DNA of 64,000 nt from an uncultured Planctomycetota bacterium (lineage in GTDB: Bacteria; Planctomycetota; Planctomycetia; Isosphaerales; Isosphaeraceae). The notes beneath the pieces were generated by a model. That model was not told the origin of the DNA. It searched no databases and saw nothing but the letters and a program-made list of their open reading frames with translations. Each line of letters opens with the position of its first letter. Position 1 is the first letter of the stretch. The stretch is taken from positions 1 to 64,000 of the forward strand of contig CAWAAW010000040.1 of assembly GCA_963779785.1 (NCBI GenBank), written 5' to 3'. Below, piece after piece: positions 21,237 through 33,125 of the stretch. Made by a program: the position numbers and the translations under genes.

Positions 21237-22503
21237 TCACGACGCCTCGTTGCGGATCGCATCCATCGGGGTCATCCGTGAGGCACGCCAGGCGGGGTAC
21301 AGGCCGGCGAACGTCGCGATCAAGATCGCGACGCCGATGCTCGTGGCGACCAGCTCGGCAGTGAGTTCGAGCTTGAGCTCGAACCGGGAGAGGAGCGAAT
21401 TGATGGTCACGACCGCCGCGAAAGCCAGGAGGCTGCCCAGCAGCCCGCAGACCAAGCCGAGCAGAGCGCTCTCCGCGGTGACCAGGCCGAGGATGTTTCG
21501 ACGGGTCCAGCCATTGGCGCGCATCACGCCAAACTCCACGAACCGCTCCATGGCGCTCATGAGCATGGTGTTGGCGATCCCCACGCCTCCGACCAGGAGA
21601 GCCAACCCCACCGTCAAGATCAGGAACATGTCCAGCTTGCCCATGATGTTCCCGACTTGAAGGTTGAACTGCGACATGCTCCGAATCTGGACGTCGGGGA
21701 TCGCACTGGTGATCCGGTCTGCCCAGGGTGGTGACGTCGGTGAACGGGTCCGGCTCGAGGTAAAAGACCGAGACGTTTCCTTCGTCGACGTTGAGCAGTT
21801 TCCTCGCGGTCGTGATCTCGGTCACGACGGTCATATCGACAAGAAGAGAGCCCGTCTCGTAGATGCCGATGATCTTGAACGGTTTACCGCCGATCAAGAT
21901 CGTGTCGTCGACTTTCTTGGGTGTGCCGTCGGCATTGGGGTAATCGCGGGCGATCTTGGTACTGATCAGCACGTTCGGCTTCCCCACGTCGTCCATCTGG
22001 AGGAATCGCCCGCCCCCCTTCTCCGGCGGCAGCAAACCTTGCTCGATACACGCCGCTCTTGAGGTGGAGATGCTCGGGAAGCGACTGCCCCTCGATCACG
22101 ATCGTCTCCGCGAACGAGCTGAACCGTTGGTCGCCTTTCTTCGTGAAAAGCTGCGTGGCCGCGCTGCGCGAACAGGTTCTTGCCATCGAGGGTCGGGCAG
22201 ATCCTCCAGACTTCCGGCGCCACGATCCGGGCCCCGCGGACCTTCCGCAAGTCGTCGACCAGCTTAGCGGGCAGGTCGCTGAAGATCGGGCGCGGGTGAG
22301 TTGGCGCGCATGACCATGACCCCGTTCATCTTCGCGAGCGTCGTGCCCATCAAGGTTCGGATCCCGTTGGTCAGGCTGAAGAGACCCAAAATCGCAATGA
22401 TGGGGATCGTCAGCCCCACCACGGCCAACAAGGTCCGCGTCGGCCGCGTGATCAAGTTCTGCCAGGCGAATCGCCACATGAAGAGATCCCCGTCCGCCAG
22501 CAT
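21237..22503 (-). CDS. ABC transporter permease of the FtsX/MacB family with a periplasmic domain; split over three frames
   Basis: TM1 is in ORF 22264-22584, the periplasmic MacB-like domain in the 5' part of ORF 20488-22035, and TM2-4 in ORF 21237-21677. Confidence 0.65.
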
Positions 22504-22767
22504 CGGTCCGTGCCGGGCACCACGGCGGAGCCTGAACGACACGCAACGCGATTCCGTTCGAAACGCCGAGGCGATGCATACCACACAGTCGCCAATCAGC
22601 TCGACCGTACACTTATAGCCGCGCGGTCACGGCCCTCGAAAGAGGAAAAGACGTTCTGGCTTTTCGATATCCGTCCCTCGTATGCGCAATCGACGGCCTT
22701 GTTTGACGGATCAGACCTCGATAAAAAAGAGACTAGACCCGCGGCTGGCTCGTTGCGAGGCTTGAGA

Positions 22768-23550
22768 ATGAGAAACCGGCAAAGGTTGTGCCGACTGCTC
22801 CTCGGTTTTATGTCGATCTCCTGGATGGCCGTTCAGGCTTCTGCCCAGGATAACACGATTCCCCCCGACGTGTTGCGAATTTGGCAACACCACAATAACA
22901 ATGGCTGGAAGAGTTTCGACAAGGGAGACTACGTCAAGGCCGCGGAACGGTTTGATCTGGCGATCAAGGAGATTCGGCCTTATGAGAAGGTCGCGCGGCG
23001 GCTGCTGGCACGCAGTTACTGCGACCTGGCCCGGGCGCTCTATCATCAGGGACGCACTGCCGAAGCCGAGCCACTCGCAAAATGGGCGCTCACCGTCCGC
23101 GACGAGGACAAGAAGGCCAAGCCCGAATCGGTTTTCCAGTGCGTGTACGTCCTGGCGATGGTCCACAAGGCCCAGAAACATTACGCCGACGCCGAGCCTT
23201 TATTGAAACGAGCCCTCGCGCTTCAGGAGGAACACACGGGTTCCGGCCACTTCGGTACCGCGACGACACTCGATCAACTGGCGGTGGTCTACAGCGAGCA
23301 AGGCAAGTACGGAGAGGCATCGCTCCTCTACCGGCGCGTTCTGGCCATCTATGAGAAGATGAATCCCGATGAAAACCTCGACCTCGCTGACGCCGCCGAG
23401 CGTTTTGCGGCGTTGATGGAAAAGATGCATCGCCCCGTCGAGGCCGAGAGATGGAAAGAACGCGCCCTGAAGATCCGTGACACCGTGGCAACAAAGACCG
23501 CCAAGGCCAGGGCCGATGCGAGCGCCAAGAAATTCAAGCCGTTCAGGTAG
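22768..23550 (+). CDS. secreted TPR-repeat protein
   Basis: It has a signal peptide MRNRQRLCRLLLGFMSISWMAVQASAQ followed by TPR-like repeats. Confidence 0.65.
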   Translation: MRNRQRLCRLLLGFMSISWMAVQASAQDNTIPPDVLRIWQHHNNNGWKSFDKGDYVKAAERFDLAIKEIRPYEKVARRLLARSYCDLARALYHQGRTAEAEPLAKWALTVRDEDKKAKPESVFQCVYVLAMVHKAQKHYADAEPLLKRALALQEEHTGSGHFGTATTLDQLAVVYSEQGKYGEASLLYRRVLAIYEKMNPDENLDLADAAERFAALMEKMHRPVEAERWKERALKIRDTVATKTAKARADASAKKFKPFR

Positions 23551-23688
23551 ACTTTGAGACGAGACTTCGCTCCATCGGGTGGAATCGGCCTGGATGTCTC
23601 GAAGGGTGAAACTGATGGACACAATCGCTCCGACTGTTGCTCCGCCAATCCCGGGACCGTCGATCGCCCTTCCGCGCCTATCACGGGT

Positions 23689-24705
23689 TCAGCGAGCCGG
23701 CAACGCCAGCGTGGTACCGGGCCGCGCACGAGCGCTGACCTGCTCACGTTGGGTGACGGCCGGAATTCTGGTGACCCCGTAGACGCTGAGCGACGAGATG
23801 AGGAGAATCACGCCCAGGGTGAAGGGCGTCAGCGGCGCGAGGACCACCGTCACGACGACGATCGTGGCGGTCAGCGCGACCAGCTTGCCCTTCGAAGTCA
23901 GGCTCAATGCGGCGTGGCCTTCCCACTCCCGGAGGATCGGCCCGAAGAACGCCGTCCGGCGCAGCCGTTCGTTCATGCTGGGCGACGAGCGGGCCAGGTA
24001 ATAGCTCGTCGCCAGCAGGAACGGGACAGTCGGGACGCCCGGCACGACCAGGCCGACCAGAGTCATGGTGAAGGCGCCGCCGGCCAGCGCCACGTACGTT
24101 AAGCGCTTCCAGCCGGTGGCGATCGGTTCCGGGCCGTCGGTCGCAGGGGGCCGACGCCGGATGTGACGCCGGCTTCCCTCGGATCGGCAAACTTCCGCCC
24201 CTCCAGGATTCGCTCCACCCGGTCCACCGTGCGACTCGCCATCGCGGCTACCGCCCGGACCGCAATCGACCGTGATCCAGTGCGACCAGAGCGAGACGTG
24301 GCATCGCTCGACTCCTTCGAGGCTCGCCACGCTGTCGGCCAGACGGGCATACGTGGCGCGATCGCCCACGGACCCCTGATGGAGGAGCCGGACGTGCCCC
24401 GGCTGGTCCGCATGCGTTTCCCAAAGCGAGATGCCGCCGAAGAACCGATAGGCGGTGAGCGTCGACCAGCGCGGGCTTCGCCTCCACCACGGGGTCCTCT
24501 CGGCGCGTGCGGACGCGGTCCGGACCGCGTCAACGAACACCTCGGCCATGACGGCCGGGGAGCTCGACAAGAGATCGAAATCGACGCGACAGGTGGAAGA
24601 CGCGAGGTCGATCTCCGCCTTCCTGACTCCGGGATGATCGCAGAGGGCCTCCAGGAGCCGCCGCGCGTAGCGCACGCCGTGCAGGATGAAACAGTCGAGC
24701 GTCAC
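23689..24705 (-). CDS. membrane protein with a C-terminal DUF454/YbaN-like domain
   Basis: The C-terminal part reads PGVPTVPFLLATSYYLARSSP...LREWEGHAALSL plus TM helices. The N-terminal half is unassigned. Confidence 0.4.
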   Translation of the reverse strand: MTLDCFILHGVRYARRLLEALCDHPGVRKAEIDLASSTCRVDFDLLSSSPAVMAEVFVDAVRTASARAERTPWWRRSPRWSTLTAYRFFGGISLWETHADQPGHVRLLHQGSVGDRATYARLADSVASLEGVERCHVSLWSHWITVDCGPGGSRDGESHGGPGGANPGGAEVCRSEGSRRHIRRRPPATDGPEPIATGWKRLTYVALAGGAFTMTLVGLVVPGVPTVPFLLATSYYLARSSPSMNERLRRTAFFGPILREWEGHAALSLTSKGKLVALTATIVVVTVVLAPLTPFTLGVILLISSLSVYGVTRIPAVTQREQVSARARPGTTLALPAR

Positions 24706-24932
24706 TCACCCGGATCAGCCCTGCTCGGCCGTCGAGTTCGATATCCAGGGATGAGTGATCCCCTTCGCATGACTCTCGGTCAGCGGCTTGGGACGGAAGG
24801 GTCACGTCGGTTGGATCAAGTTCCATGCGGGCATTCCCTCCTGAAAGTTGTGATTCCGAACCCGGTGCACTTCCCCAGGGTGTTCCGGCGGATCAATCTG
24901 GTCGTTCGAAGACCAAGAACGGCGGCTAGGTC

Positions 24933-25254
24933 TCAGGCTGGCGCGAGGGCCGGCTGGTAGATTTCGTCCGCCTTCTGCCGCGCGGCATGGGCGCCGTCGA
25001 TCAGGCCTCGGACCGCGGGATTGTTCACCGGGATGCAACGGGCCAGCAGGACCGCGGGGAAGACCATCCCGTACGAGGTGCTGTAACAGGTGGCAGTACA
25101 CCAATCGGTTGACGAAGCGTCCGGCAGCGGTCCACGTCCGGGCTGCCGCCTCGCGCGCGTCCGCCGCCCCACGCTGGGCGGCTTGCACGGCGAGATCCAG
25201 GGTTCCGGTGGCCGACTCGATCACTTGGCTCGAGATCGCTTGGGGATCAGACAT
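24933..25254 (-). CDS. small hypothetical protein (~107 aa); paralog of 35647-35964; apparent frameshift near 25090
   Basis: It shares ...CYSTSYGMVFPAVLLARCIPVNNPAVRGLIDGAHAA with ...CYAVSYGIVFPTVLVVRTIPKENAVVHGFVDGAHAA. Confidence 0.45.
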
Positions 25255-25449
25255 GCGGGTTGGCCTCTTTGAGAAGAAGGTCAAACATGCGGCATACAGG
25301 TTAGACTCTGTCCTAGTCTACCTGGTCGGGGCGGTTGACTCTACCAGGAAATGACCGTGAGCTTCTTCCTGTTTATTACGATCCGAGGCATGGGTCGCGG
25401 GGCTCGGATTCCCGGACAGTCCGCCGACGTGGTGTGGCATCAAGCCAGA

Positions 25450-26354
25450 TCACCCTGTTCCGGCCCCAGACCAAGGATGTGTCGCACGGTACAAGGCGGG
25501 GGTGGTTTTCATGAAGCGGCGGAACACGGTCGTGAAGTGGCTTTGCGATGAGAAACCGACTGCGAGGGCCACGTTCACGATGGACATCTGGGGATTGCTC
25601 AGCAGTTCGCGGGCCTTGGCCACGCGCATCTCGGTCAGGAGGCGGTGGGGCGTCTTCCCGGTCGCCTTCTTGAAGGCACTGAGAAAGTAGTTGGGGCTGA
25701 GGCCGGCCAGGTCGGCGAGATCGCCCAGGGAGATCTCGGAAGCGAGCGACGCGTCGAGGTAGTCGATCACGCGCCGGAAGCGAGCGTCGGGCAGCCGTTC
25801 CACCCACATCTCGCCCTGCGCGTGGCAGCGACGAGTAGTACCACAGCATCTGGATCGCGATCTGGGTCCAGAGGGTCTCGGCATACAGACCACTTCCTCT
25901 GCGGGGCGAACGCAGTAGGGACGCGAACGCCTGCCCCAGCGCGACGATCTCCGGCGTGTTCTGATGGTAGACCGGCAAGATCTCGATGGTCGAGCCGTAA
26001 GGCTTCCACTCCCGGTCGGCCAGGGCGCGAAGTTGATCCGTGCCAAAGACCACGTTCAACATCTGCATCGACCGGTCCATGCAGAATGGAATTGTCCTCT
26101 CCCGCCGGCGTGATCGTGAAGCACCCGGGGCCCCCGACGAACCGCGACAGGCGCCCGCCCCGCTTCCACTCGATCCTGGCACTTCCCCTCAACCCGAAGG
26201 AGAGGAGGTTATTCACGGCCGAGTGATGCTGGTAAGAGTCGGGCAGCCGCCCCTCGAGGATGACGGCGTCGCCGATTGCCCCGACGGCTGTGCCGGTCGA
26301 GGCCACCACGGCCATGCTTTCTGGCCAGCGGGGTCGGGTGAGGCCTTCGGTCAT
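25450..26354 (-). CDS. AraC/XylS-family transcriptional regulator; two apparent frameshifts
   Basis: The C-terminal HTH reads ISLGDLADLAGLSPNYFLSAFKKATGKTPHRLLTEMRVAKARELL...SQSHFTTVFRRFMKTTPALYR. The N-terminal cupin-like domain lies in ORF 25767-26354. Confidence 0.7.
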
Positions 26355-27418
26355 GCTGGGCGATGCGGCGGACGTGGGCGATCGGCCTTCGTCGCGAGTC
26401 TCGGGAAGTCGCGATGACAGGTGGAGCGAGGCAGGGACCGATCCGCACGAGCGTGGCTCGGCTCGTGACGGTCACTCGGTTGGGGTGAGACATAGCTGGC
26501 AGGCTCCTCTGATCGTGGCCGTTCGGGCCGCGTTCAGCGTCGCGTAGAAAAGATGCCGACTGGGAGTCATGGCAGGAGGAGGCCGCCTTGGCCGCTGTCT
26601 CATCGCCCGTCACGAGCGATCAATCACATCCGATTTTCGCACTACCGCTCGCCAGAACGCAAGTCATTTCGGCTCAAGACTTGGAAGTCTCAAATCGATT
26701 CATGAGGCTGAACATTGGTCACTTGCGAAAGCATGTGCGTTTTAGGCGAAAAATGCCGGCATTAAGACTGAGAAGCCGCGATTCATCAGGACGCGCAGGT
26801 CACGTCACCGTTTCCGTCACGAACTTCACAGTTGCCGCTACAGAGAACGGCTTGCCGCAGGTCACCGTTGTCGTTGTCATCGATAAAACAGCCAGGTACA
26901 ATTTAGCGCCTGCAGGAAAACGGTCCGCACGCATTTCGGGTTAAGCGCCATCGCATGTTGCTCCTGTCGCGTAAACCAGTTGGTTCCACTCTGCAGCGCC
27001 ATTTGGCCGTGGCTGTCGAAAAAAACAAAAAGGACGAAAGGACTGGTCGAAGCGAGAGTGAGCCCACGCGTTCCCCATGAGTCCGGCAAGACGAAAACAA
27101 TCGAGACGATAACAATAACCTTGAAGATTATTTGGATGAAAGACTTGCCTTTTTGACCTAACTGCCGCTACATTGCTCTCAACATCCTGGCGGTCTCTAC
27201 TCTCGAACCCCTCCTCGAAGCAGGGAAGTCCGGGAGCTTCACCAGACGACTTCCACATGTTTTCTTCATCTAGCTCGTCCATGTTGATCTCGATCGGCTG
27301 ATTTCATTGGGCCCCGGGAACATCGACGGCTTGGTGAAGGACGGCACCTCTTTACGGTCTTCGCTCCAGATCGGTGCGAAGGTTCTTCTTCTGAACCAGA
27401 GTTTCCGGAGTTCTTCTC

Positions 27419-28480
27419 ATGAAGCGAAATTCTCTCTATTTGTGCTTGGCCCTCGTGCTGGCGATGTGGCCAGGCGCCGTTCGTGCCCAGTACGGCTACG
27501 GTGGTTACGGCTGGGGCGGCTGGGGTGGTGCGAGTACCTTGCAGGGAAGCATGGCCGCGGAATGGGCATGTTCAGCGCGGGCGCCGGCATTTACAACAGG
27601 AACACGGCCGATGGCGCGATCGATGAACGCGACCACCAGCATGCGCTGGAACTCGTACATATTCCAAGGCCAGCAGGCTGCCAATCAGCGCTACCAAGAC
27701 CGGCAACGAGCACGGCTAGCCGCACGAACAAGGCCTACGACGAGATCCAGGATCGCTTGCGGAAAAATCCCAACACGCTCGACATCACCGATGGCGACGC
27801 CCTCAACGTCCTGCTCGATGTCCTGCTCAACCCGGCGACGGCCGATCAGTCGCTTCAGCTCATCAAGACTCCGCTTCGTGCCGAGGTCATCGCCAACATT
27901 CCCTTTGAGGTCGCAACCGAGTGCATCACGGTCTGTCTGGCCTCGATGACGACGGACGGAGAGTGGCCCTTGCAGCTCCGTGGCGAATTGTTCCGGCCGG
28001 AACGCGAGGCGCTGCAGAAGGCCATCCAGAACGCGCTCAAGGAAGATGAGACAGGGAACCTTGAACCGGAAACAATCGACGCCGTCCAGAAAGCCATCAC
28101 CAATCTGCGGCTCAAATTTGTCAAACAGGTGCCCCAGGACGCCCCCGATTACGTCGAGGCCCAAAACAAGATCAAGGCGATGGCGGGCTTGATCAAGATG
28201 CTGGACAGCTCCAAGATCGAGAAGGTCCTGGCCGAGCTGGAAGACTACCAGGGAACAACCCTGGGCGACCTGCTCGCGTTCATGCAGGCTTTCAACCTGC
28301 GGTTCTCCGCCGGCCAACTCGTACCGCCAGCGGCAAATCTACCAGAAGCTCTATCCCATGCTCGCCGAGCAGGCCAACGGCACACTCGGCAGCCTGTCCA
28401 GCGGCGGGAGTCACGGGGGTCGCCGACCAGGCGGTCGGCGCGGCCGAGAGCCTGGGAGAGCAAGGCGGTCGGCGGGTTGA
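27419..28480 (+). CDS. secreted hypothetical protein (paralog A) with a Gly/Tyr/Trp-rich segment after the signal peptide
   Basis: The signal peptide reads MKRNSLYLCLALVLAMWPGAVRA, followed by QYGYGGYGWGGWGG. It is collinear with paralog B (e.g. GDLLAFMQAFNLRF and GDLIAFMNSHNLRF). Confidence 0.55.
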
Positions 28481-28744
28481 AGTCCGCCGCGATCGACGTT
28501 TTCAAGGACTTGGGGTGGGACCGTTTCTAAGCAGACCGCCAGTCGAGAGCGAGAGTCCATGGAGAACCATCGGCCGGGTCGATCACAACGCCATCAATCG
28601 GCCTCGACGCGACTGCAATGAGCCCGTTCATCCTCGCTGTTCGGATCATATCGATTATCTAATTCTGAAAACACCTTACGATCAGTGCCGCCTGTGCCTC
28701 GAGAAAGTCCGAAGGCGCGAGCGGTGCTGAATGGGAGTCTCTTC

Positions 28745-29857
28745 ATGAATCGCATCTTCACGATCGTGACCGGTCTGTTGATCGGTCTGAATTTGTTGGC
28801 CCCGACCGCCAGGCGCAATGGGGATACCCCCGAGGCTATGGCGGATACGGCATGAGCCAGTGGGGGGCCGATCCCGCTTCTGGCTACATGGCGGGCCTGG
28901 GGTCATACGCGCGGGGCCAGGGTGTCTATCAGCAAGATAAAGCCAAGGCCGACGCGATCAACGTCGACACCATGATCAAGTGGAACAAGGCCCTGCGGGC
29001 CCGTCAGAAAGCTCTCCGCGAGGAGAATCGAAAGAAGGCGATCAAGGAGGAAGCCGCCCGCGAAGTGAGGGTAGAGCGAATGGATTTGAGAGACGGTACC
29101 ACGCTCAACAATCTCCTGCTCCAGATTTTCGACACCGATCCTGGCGTCGTGAAATCGGGCCGTGCGAAAATCGCGATCAGTGCGAGCTGCCATCCGCGAA
29201 ATCCCGTTCGAGTGGGACTCCGAGGCGATCACCTTCTGCATCGATCAGATGACCGCAAGTGATGCGCTCCCTCCCCTCTTGATGCGTCCGACCTACGTCG
29301 AGGAGCGCAACGCGCTGCGTGCGGCCGTTCAAGCCGCGCTCGATGAAGACGCCAAGGGAACCGTCTCAAGTGCGACCACCAAGCGAGTCGCCGAGGCTGT
29401 CTCGAACTTCCGTGCGAAGTTCTTGAAGACGACCAGCGACTTCGAGCTAGGATATAATGATTCTCTTGATTACTTCACGGTCATGGCCAGCCTGGGCCGG
29501 TTGCTCAACGACCCGAGCATGCAGGCCTTCCTCAAGCAACTGGACACCGGGCAGGAGCGGACGGTCGGAGACCTGATCGCATTTATGAATTCCCATAACC
29601 TCCGCTTCGGGGCGGCGACCACCGAGCACCAGGATCGCGATTTATGCTGGCCTGGTACCGGTCCTGACGGCGATCCGCGACGCACCCGCAACCCAAAATG
29701 CGGCGGCATCCGCACCGGACCGGACCGGCGAGGGTTTACTCTCTGCCGCCAAGCAGGCGTTCAAGAACATGAGCTGGGAGCAGCTCGAGGCCGCATCTTC
29801 GAAGCCTGTAACCGATCCGCGACATCGCGAGTTGCCGCGTCCGCGCGGGTACAAGGT
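28745..29857 (+). CDS. secreted hypothetical protein (paralog B); at least two apparent frameshifts
   Basis: The N-terminus reads MNRIFTIVTGLLIGLNLLAPTA and continues in a second frame as QAQWGYPRGYGGYGMSQWG... The C-terminus is recovered in a third frame. Confidence 0.55.
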
Positions 29858-30013
29858 GAAACGTTGATGGAACGGTACCTGAGTGCCCGCGCTACGCGGT
29901 TGCAGTTCCGGAAATACGGTTCATCCGAAAGAAGCGGCGCGGCGTTGGTACCTTGCAGATCGACCGTGCGAGCGACTCGTCTAGAAACCAAGCAGTGCCC
30001 AGGGTCGTCGTCG

Positions 30014-30604
30014 TCACTCCACGTCTTGGCCCTTGGCGGGCACGTCGCTGGGGATGATCGCTGCCAGTATCGCATAGACGATGACGCCGGGGAGGATGCC
30101 TGTGAAGACCGTCCCCAGCGCGTAGAGCATACGCAGCCAGGTGGGATCGACTCCAAAGAAATGACCCAGACCGCTCAGGACGCCGTAGGCTTTCGCGTCT
30201 CCGGTGGAGCGCGTCAGCCTCCCGAAGTGGGAGCACCCATGGCCGGGCGCCAAGTCGATGAAGCCGGGCGCAGACGCGTCGCCGTGGGCTGGCGGCTCGG
30301 GCGGGTACGCCAGCCAGGTGCCGCAGTGCTTGCATTTGATCGCCGCCTGCTTGATCTCCTCGGCGCAATAGGGGCAGGTCTTGGTCGCTGCCGCGGTCTT
30401 TTGCTCGGCCTGTGCGTCGCCGCCTGCGTCCTGCCACATGGACTTCCATGCCGCTGCCATCTCCTTCCAGCGCTCGGGGTCGTAGGCATCCGCTTTTTCC
30501 AGCCACCTACGAGCCTCACGCCGCCAGTCGCGTCGCTTGCTTCCCAAATCGTCGTCCCGCGACTCTTTCGTCTCATCGCCAGGAGTGCATCGCTCGGTCA
30601 TCAT
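30014..30604 (-). CDS. zinc-ribbon plus PspC-domain membrane protein
   Basis: It has CPYCAEEI...CKHCGTW followed by VLSGLGHFFGVDPTWLRMLYALGTVFTGILPGVIVYAILAAIIP. The ORF is intact. Confidence 0.7.
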   Translation of the reverse strand: MMTERCTPGDETKESRDDDLGSKRRDWRREARRWLEKADAYDPERWKEMAAAWKSMWQDAGGDAQAEQKTAAATKTCPYCAEEIKQAAIKCKHCGTWLAYPPEPPAHGDASAPGFIDLAPGHGCSHFGRLTRSTGDAKAYGVLSGLGHFFGVDPTWLRMLYALGTVFTGILPGVIVYAILAAIIPSDVPAKGQDVE

Positions 30605-30988
30605 GATGGAAATCCTTCGTGATCAACAAGTCGTTTCGGAGGCGCAACACCAGCGCCGCTATGTCGGTTATTCGTCCGAGGCGAATGGATATTTAACAAC
30701 GGCGCGACACCGAGCAAGAACCGGGATCGGGAGAACGGAGCTCCCTCCGACAAATCCCGTAGAAGCCGGCTCTCTCTGGCGACCATTCTGGCCGTGTGTC
30801 GGCTCATTGATATTCAACGCTCACCCGCTTCAAGCGTACTTGGCCTCATGGACCGCCAGGATCTTGAGCTTGAAGAGCTCCGAGTCCGTGAACCCATCCC
30901 TACCGGAGAGGTTCGGTGCGGCGAGAGCGGACTTTTATCAAACCCATAGTCCACTCTTCCCTTCAGGATGGTTCAAAAGGACGTTGTA

Positions 30989-32573
30989 TCAGAATGCGAC
31001 AGCGAAGCCCGTCAGAGCGATGGTGTGTGGAGATCCCCCGGTCGTGCCGAAGTTGAAACTGCCGAAGATGGCGAACCGGTCGTTGACCGTCTTGATGGCC
31101 CCGATGCCGACGACGTTGGCCAGGGGGATCGTGGCTTTCGCGACCAGAGCTGCCGGCATCCTTCACGTGTTGGAATTGGCGCAAGCGCGGCAGGCCGGAT
31201 TCATTGTAAAAGCCGTGCACGAAAATGTCGAAGTCCTTGACCACCTGGCGCTGGAACGACCAGGCGAAATTGAACTGGTACTTGGTCTCGCCGAGCCCGT
31301 TCTGGGTACCGGCAATCCCGAAGTTGTACTCGAACCCGATGCCCAGCGGCAGCGACTGGTCGAAGAGGACGTTCATCGAGGGCTGCGTACCCGCGTTGAA
31401 CGCGGGTGAGCCGAACGTCGTCTGGAGGTAGACCTCAATGCCCATCGCGGGGATGTGGTACTTGGTGTTCTCCTCCCAGAAGTTGGCCTTGAAATCAAAC
31501 GCCAAGCGGCGAATAGCCAGTGGTCGCCTTCTGTTTCGCCATCGCTGCCTGTGCGGTCAACCCGTTGGAGAAAATGCGGAACTCGAGGTTGTCGGTCAGG
31601 CCATAACGGAGCAGGTACTCCCACTGGTAGATTCTTGGCGTGTTCTTGCTCGCGCCGTAGAGCCCGAGGGGGGAGTTTTCGACATACATCCTCCCTTTGG
31701 GGAGGGTGTACGCCCCGTTCGGGAAGTTGGCGGTGTCGGGGTCAGGGTCGCGGATGTCGACCTTCATCCGGCGTCGAAACTGGTTCCTGACGGCCTCGGC
31801 AGGGTCGTTCTCAGCCAGCAGCCAGCGGTCTTCAAAGATCAAGTTCATCAGCCAGGGGAATACGAACCGATCGTGCTCCTCGTCGATTCCGAAGCGATCG
31901 TGGTAGATTTTGGCCGGGTCGGCACGAATGTCGGGATAGTTGAATTCAGGCTGCCTCTCCCGGCGCGACCGAGCCCTCAATTCGGGCTCGAAGCCTGGGG
32001 TTCAAATTGCCCAACCCTTGGCTCGCCGGCATCGGACGCGGCCGGGTTTGGGACCCCCCGATTGGCCCTGCGATTTCGAGCAATCGAGCTCAGGCCCTGG
32101 ACCGCCGCCGAATCGGCGTTATTCGCCGTCGGAGCCGCGCGAGCGAGGGCTGTCGCGGCAACCGCAGGCGGATCGGCGGCTGAATCCACCGAAGGCACGA
32201 TCGCTGACGACGCAGGCGGGTCGGGAGCTGACGACGACAAGGTCGGGGCGGGGAGCGGCGGCTGCGCCGGCGCCGCGTTCGCTCCCGCATCGTCGACCGC
32301 GGCACTCTGCAACCGGACGAGCCCAACCGGTGCGCCAACCGAACTGTGGTCGGGGGGCATGATCGCATTGGCCGTGCCGAAGACCGCGGATGGGATCGCC
32401 CGATTGTCTCGGGCATGCTCCGACGTGGTCATACAGCCCGAGACGGTCAGTGCCGACAGCGCCAGGATCACTGGCGCCAATGCTCGGAACAGTGCGCGGG
32501 CGACTGAGCGGCTCTGACTGAGGCTGTAAAACCGACCCTTTTCCCCGTCCTCGCAGTGACGACATCTTGGCAT
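30989..32573 (-). CDS. putative outer-membrane beta-barrel protein with a signal peptide (LTVSGC), an A/P/S-rich linker and a C-terminal Phe; fragmented over about 4 frames
   Basis: It shows alternating beta-strand-like sequence (e.g. YQFNFAWSFQ, GIGFEYNFGIAG) and ends ...TIALTGFAVAF. Confidence 0.45.
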
Positions 32574-33125
32574 CGAACGAACGCTCGAGACGTGCTTCGT
32601 CTCGGTGATCGCTGTCGACCGGAGATGGACCATCCGGGATTATCCTCGGCATTCGCCCGTGCGACCTGGGACGGTCGGCAACCCACGAGGTCAAGGACCG
32701 TCACTCTCGTGTACGCCAGTCGCCGTCTCCTGCGCGCCCGGCCATCGTCGGCGGGGACGTCTCGTTTAACGATGGAGACGGCTGCTGGTACCACCTTCGG
32801 CGCCTGTCAGGCTTGGCCGAGACCCACATTGAAGGAATCGGCATCCAAATCCGCAAGCTTTACCCGATCGATACAATTTCTCATGATTGGCGGCCAGGGC
32901 ATCACGCACGCCTGATACCATGAACGCCATTATGCCGACCGGGGTTCGCAGGGTGAACGCGAGATCCAGAGACCCGAGCGGGGGGCTTCGCTGCCTGATG
33001 CGGCAAAATCCGTTACCTTCCACGAGGGGCAACAGCTCGTCGTCAGTCCGGACCCAAACGATCGCCAGGCCGGACGACCGGGTCATTTCCTGCCGAACTT
33101 TGAAGAGCCTGTGCCTATTTCGCAT

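Noticed and set aside
30537-31409. 290-aa ORF on the plus strand
   Set aside because: It is antisense to the outer-membrane beta-barrel gene.
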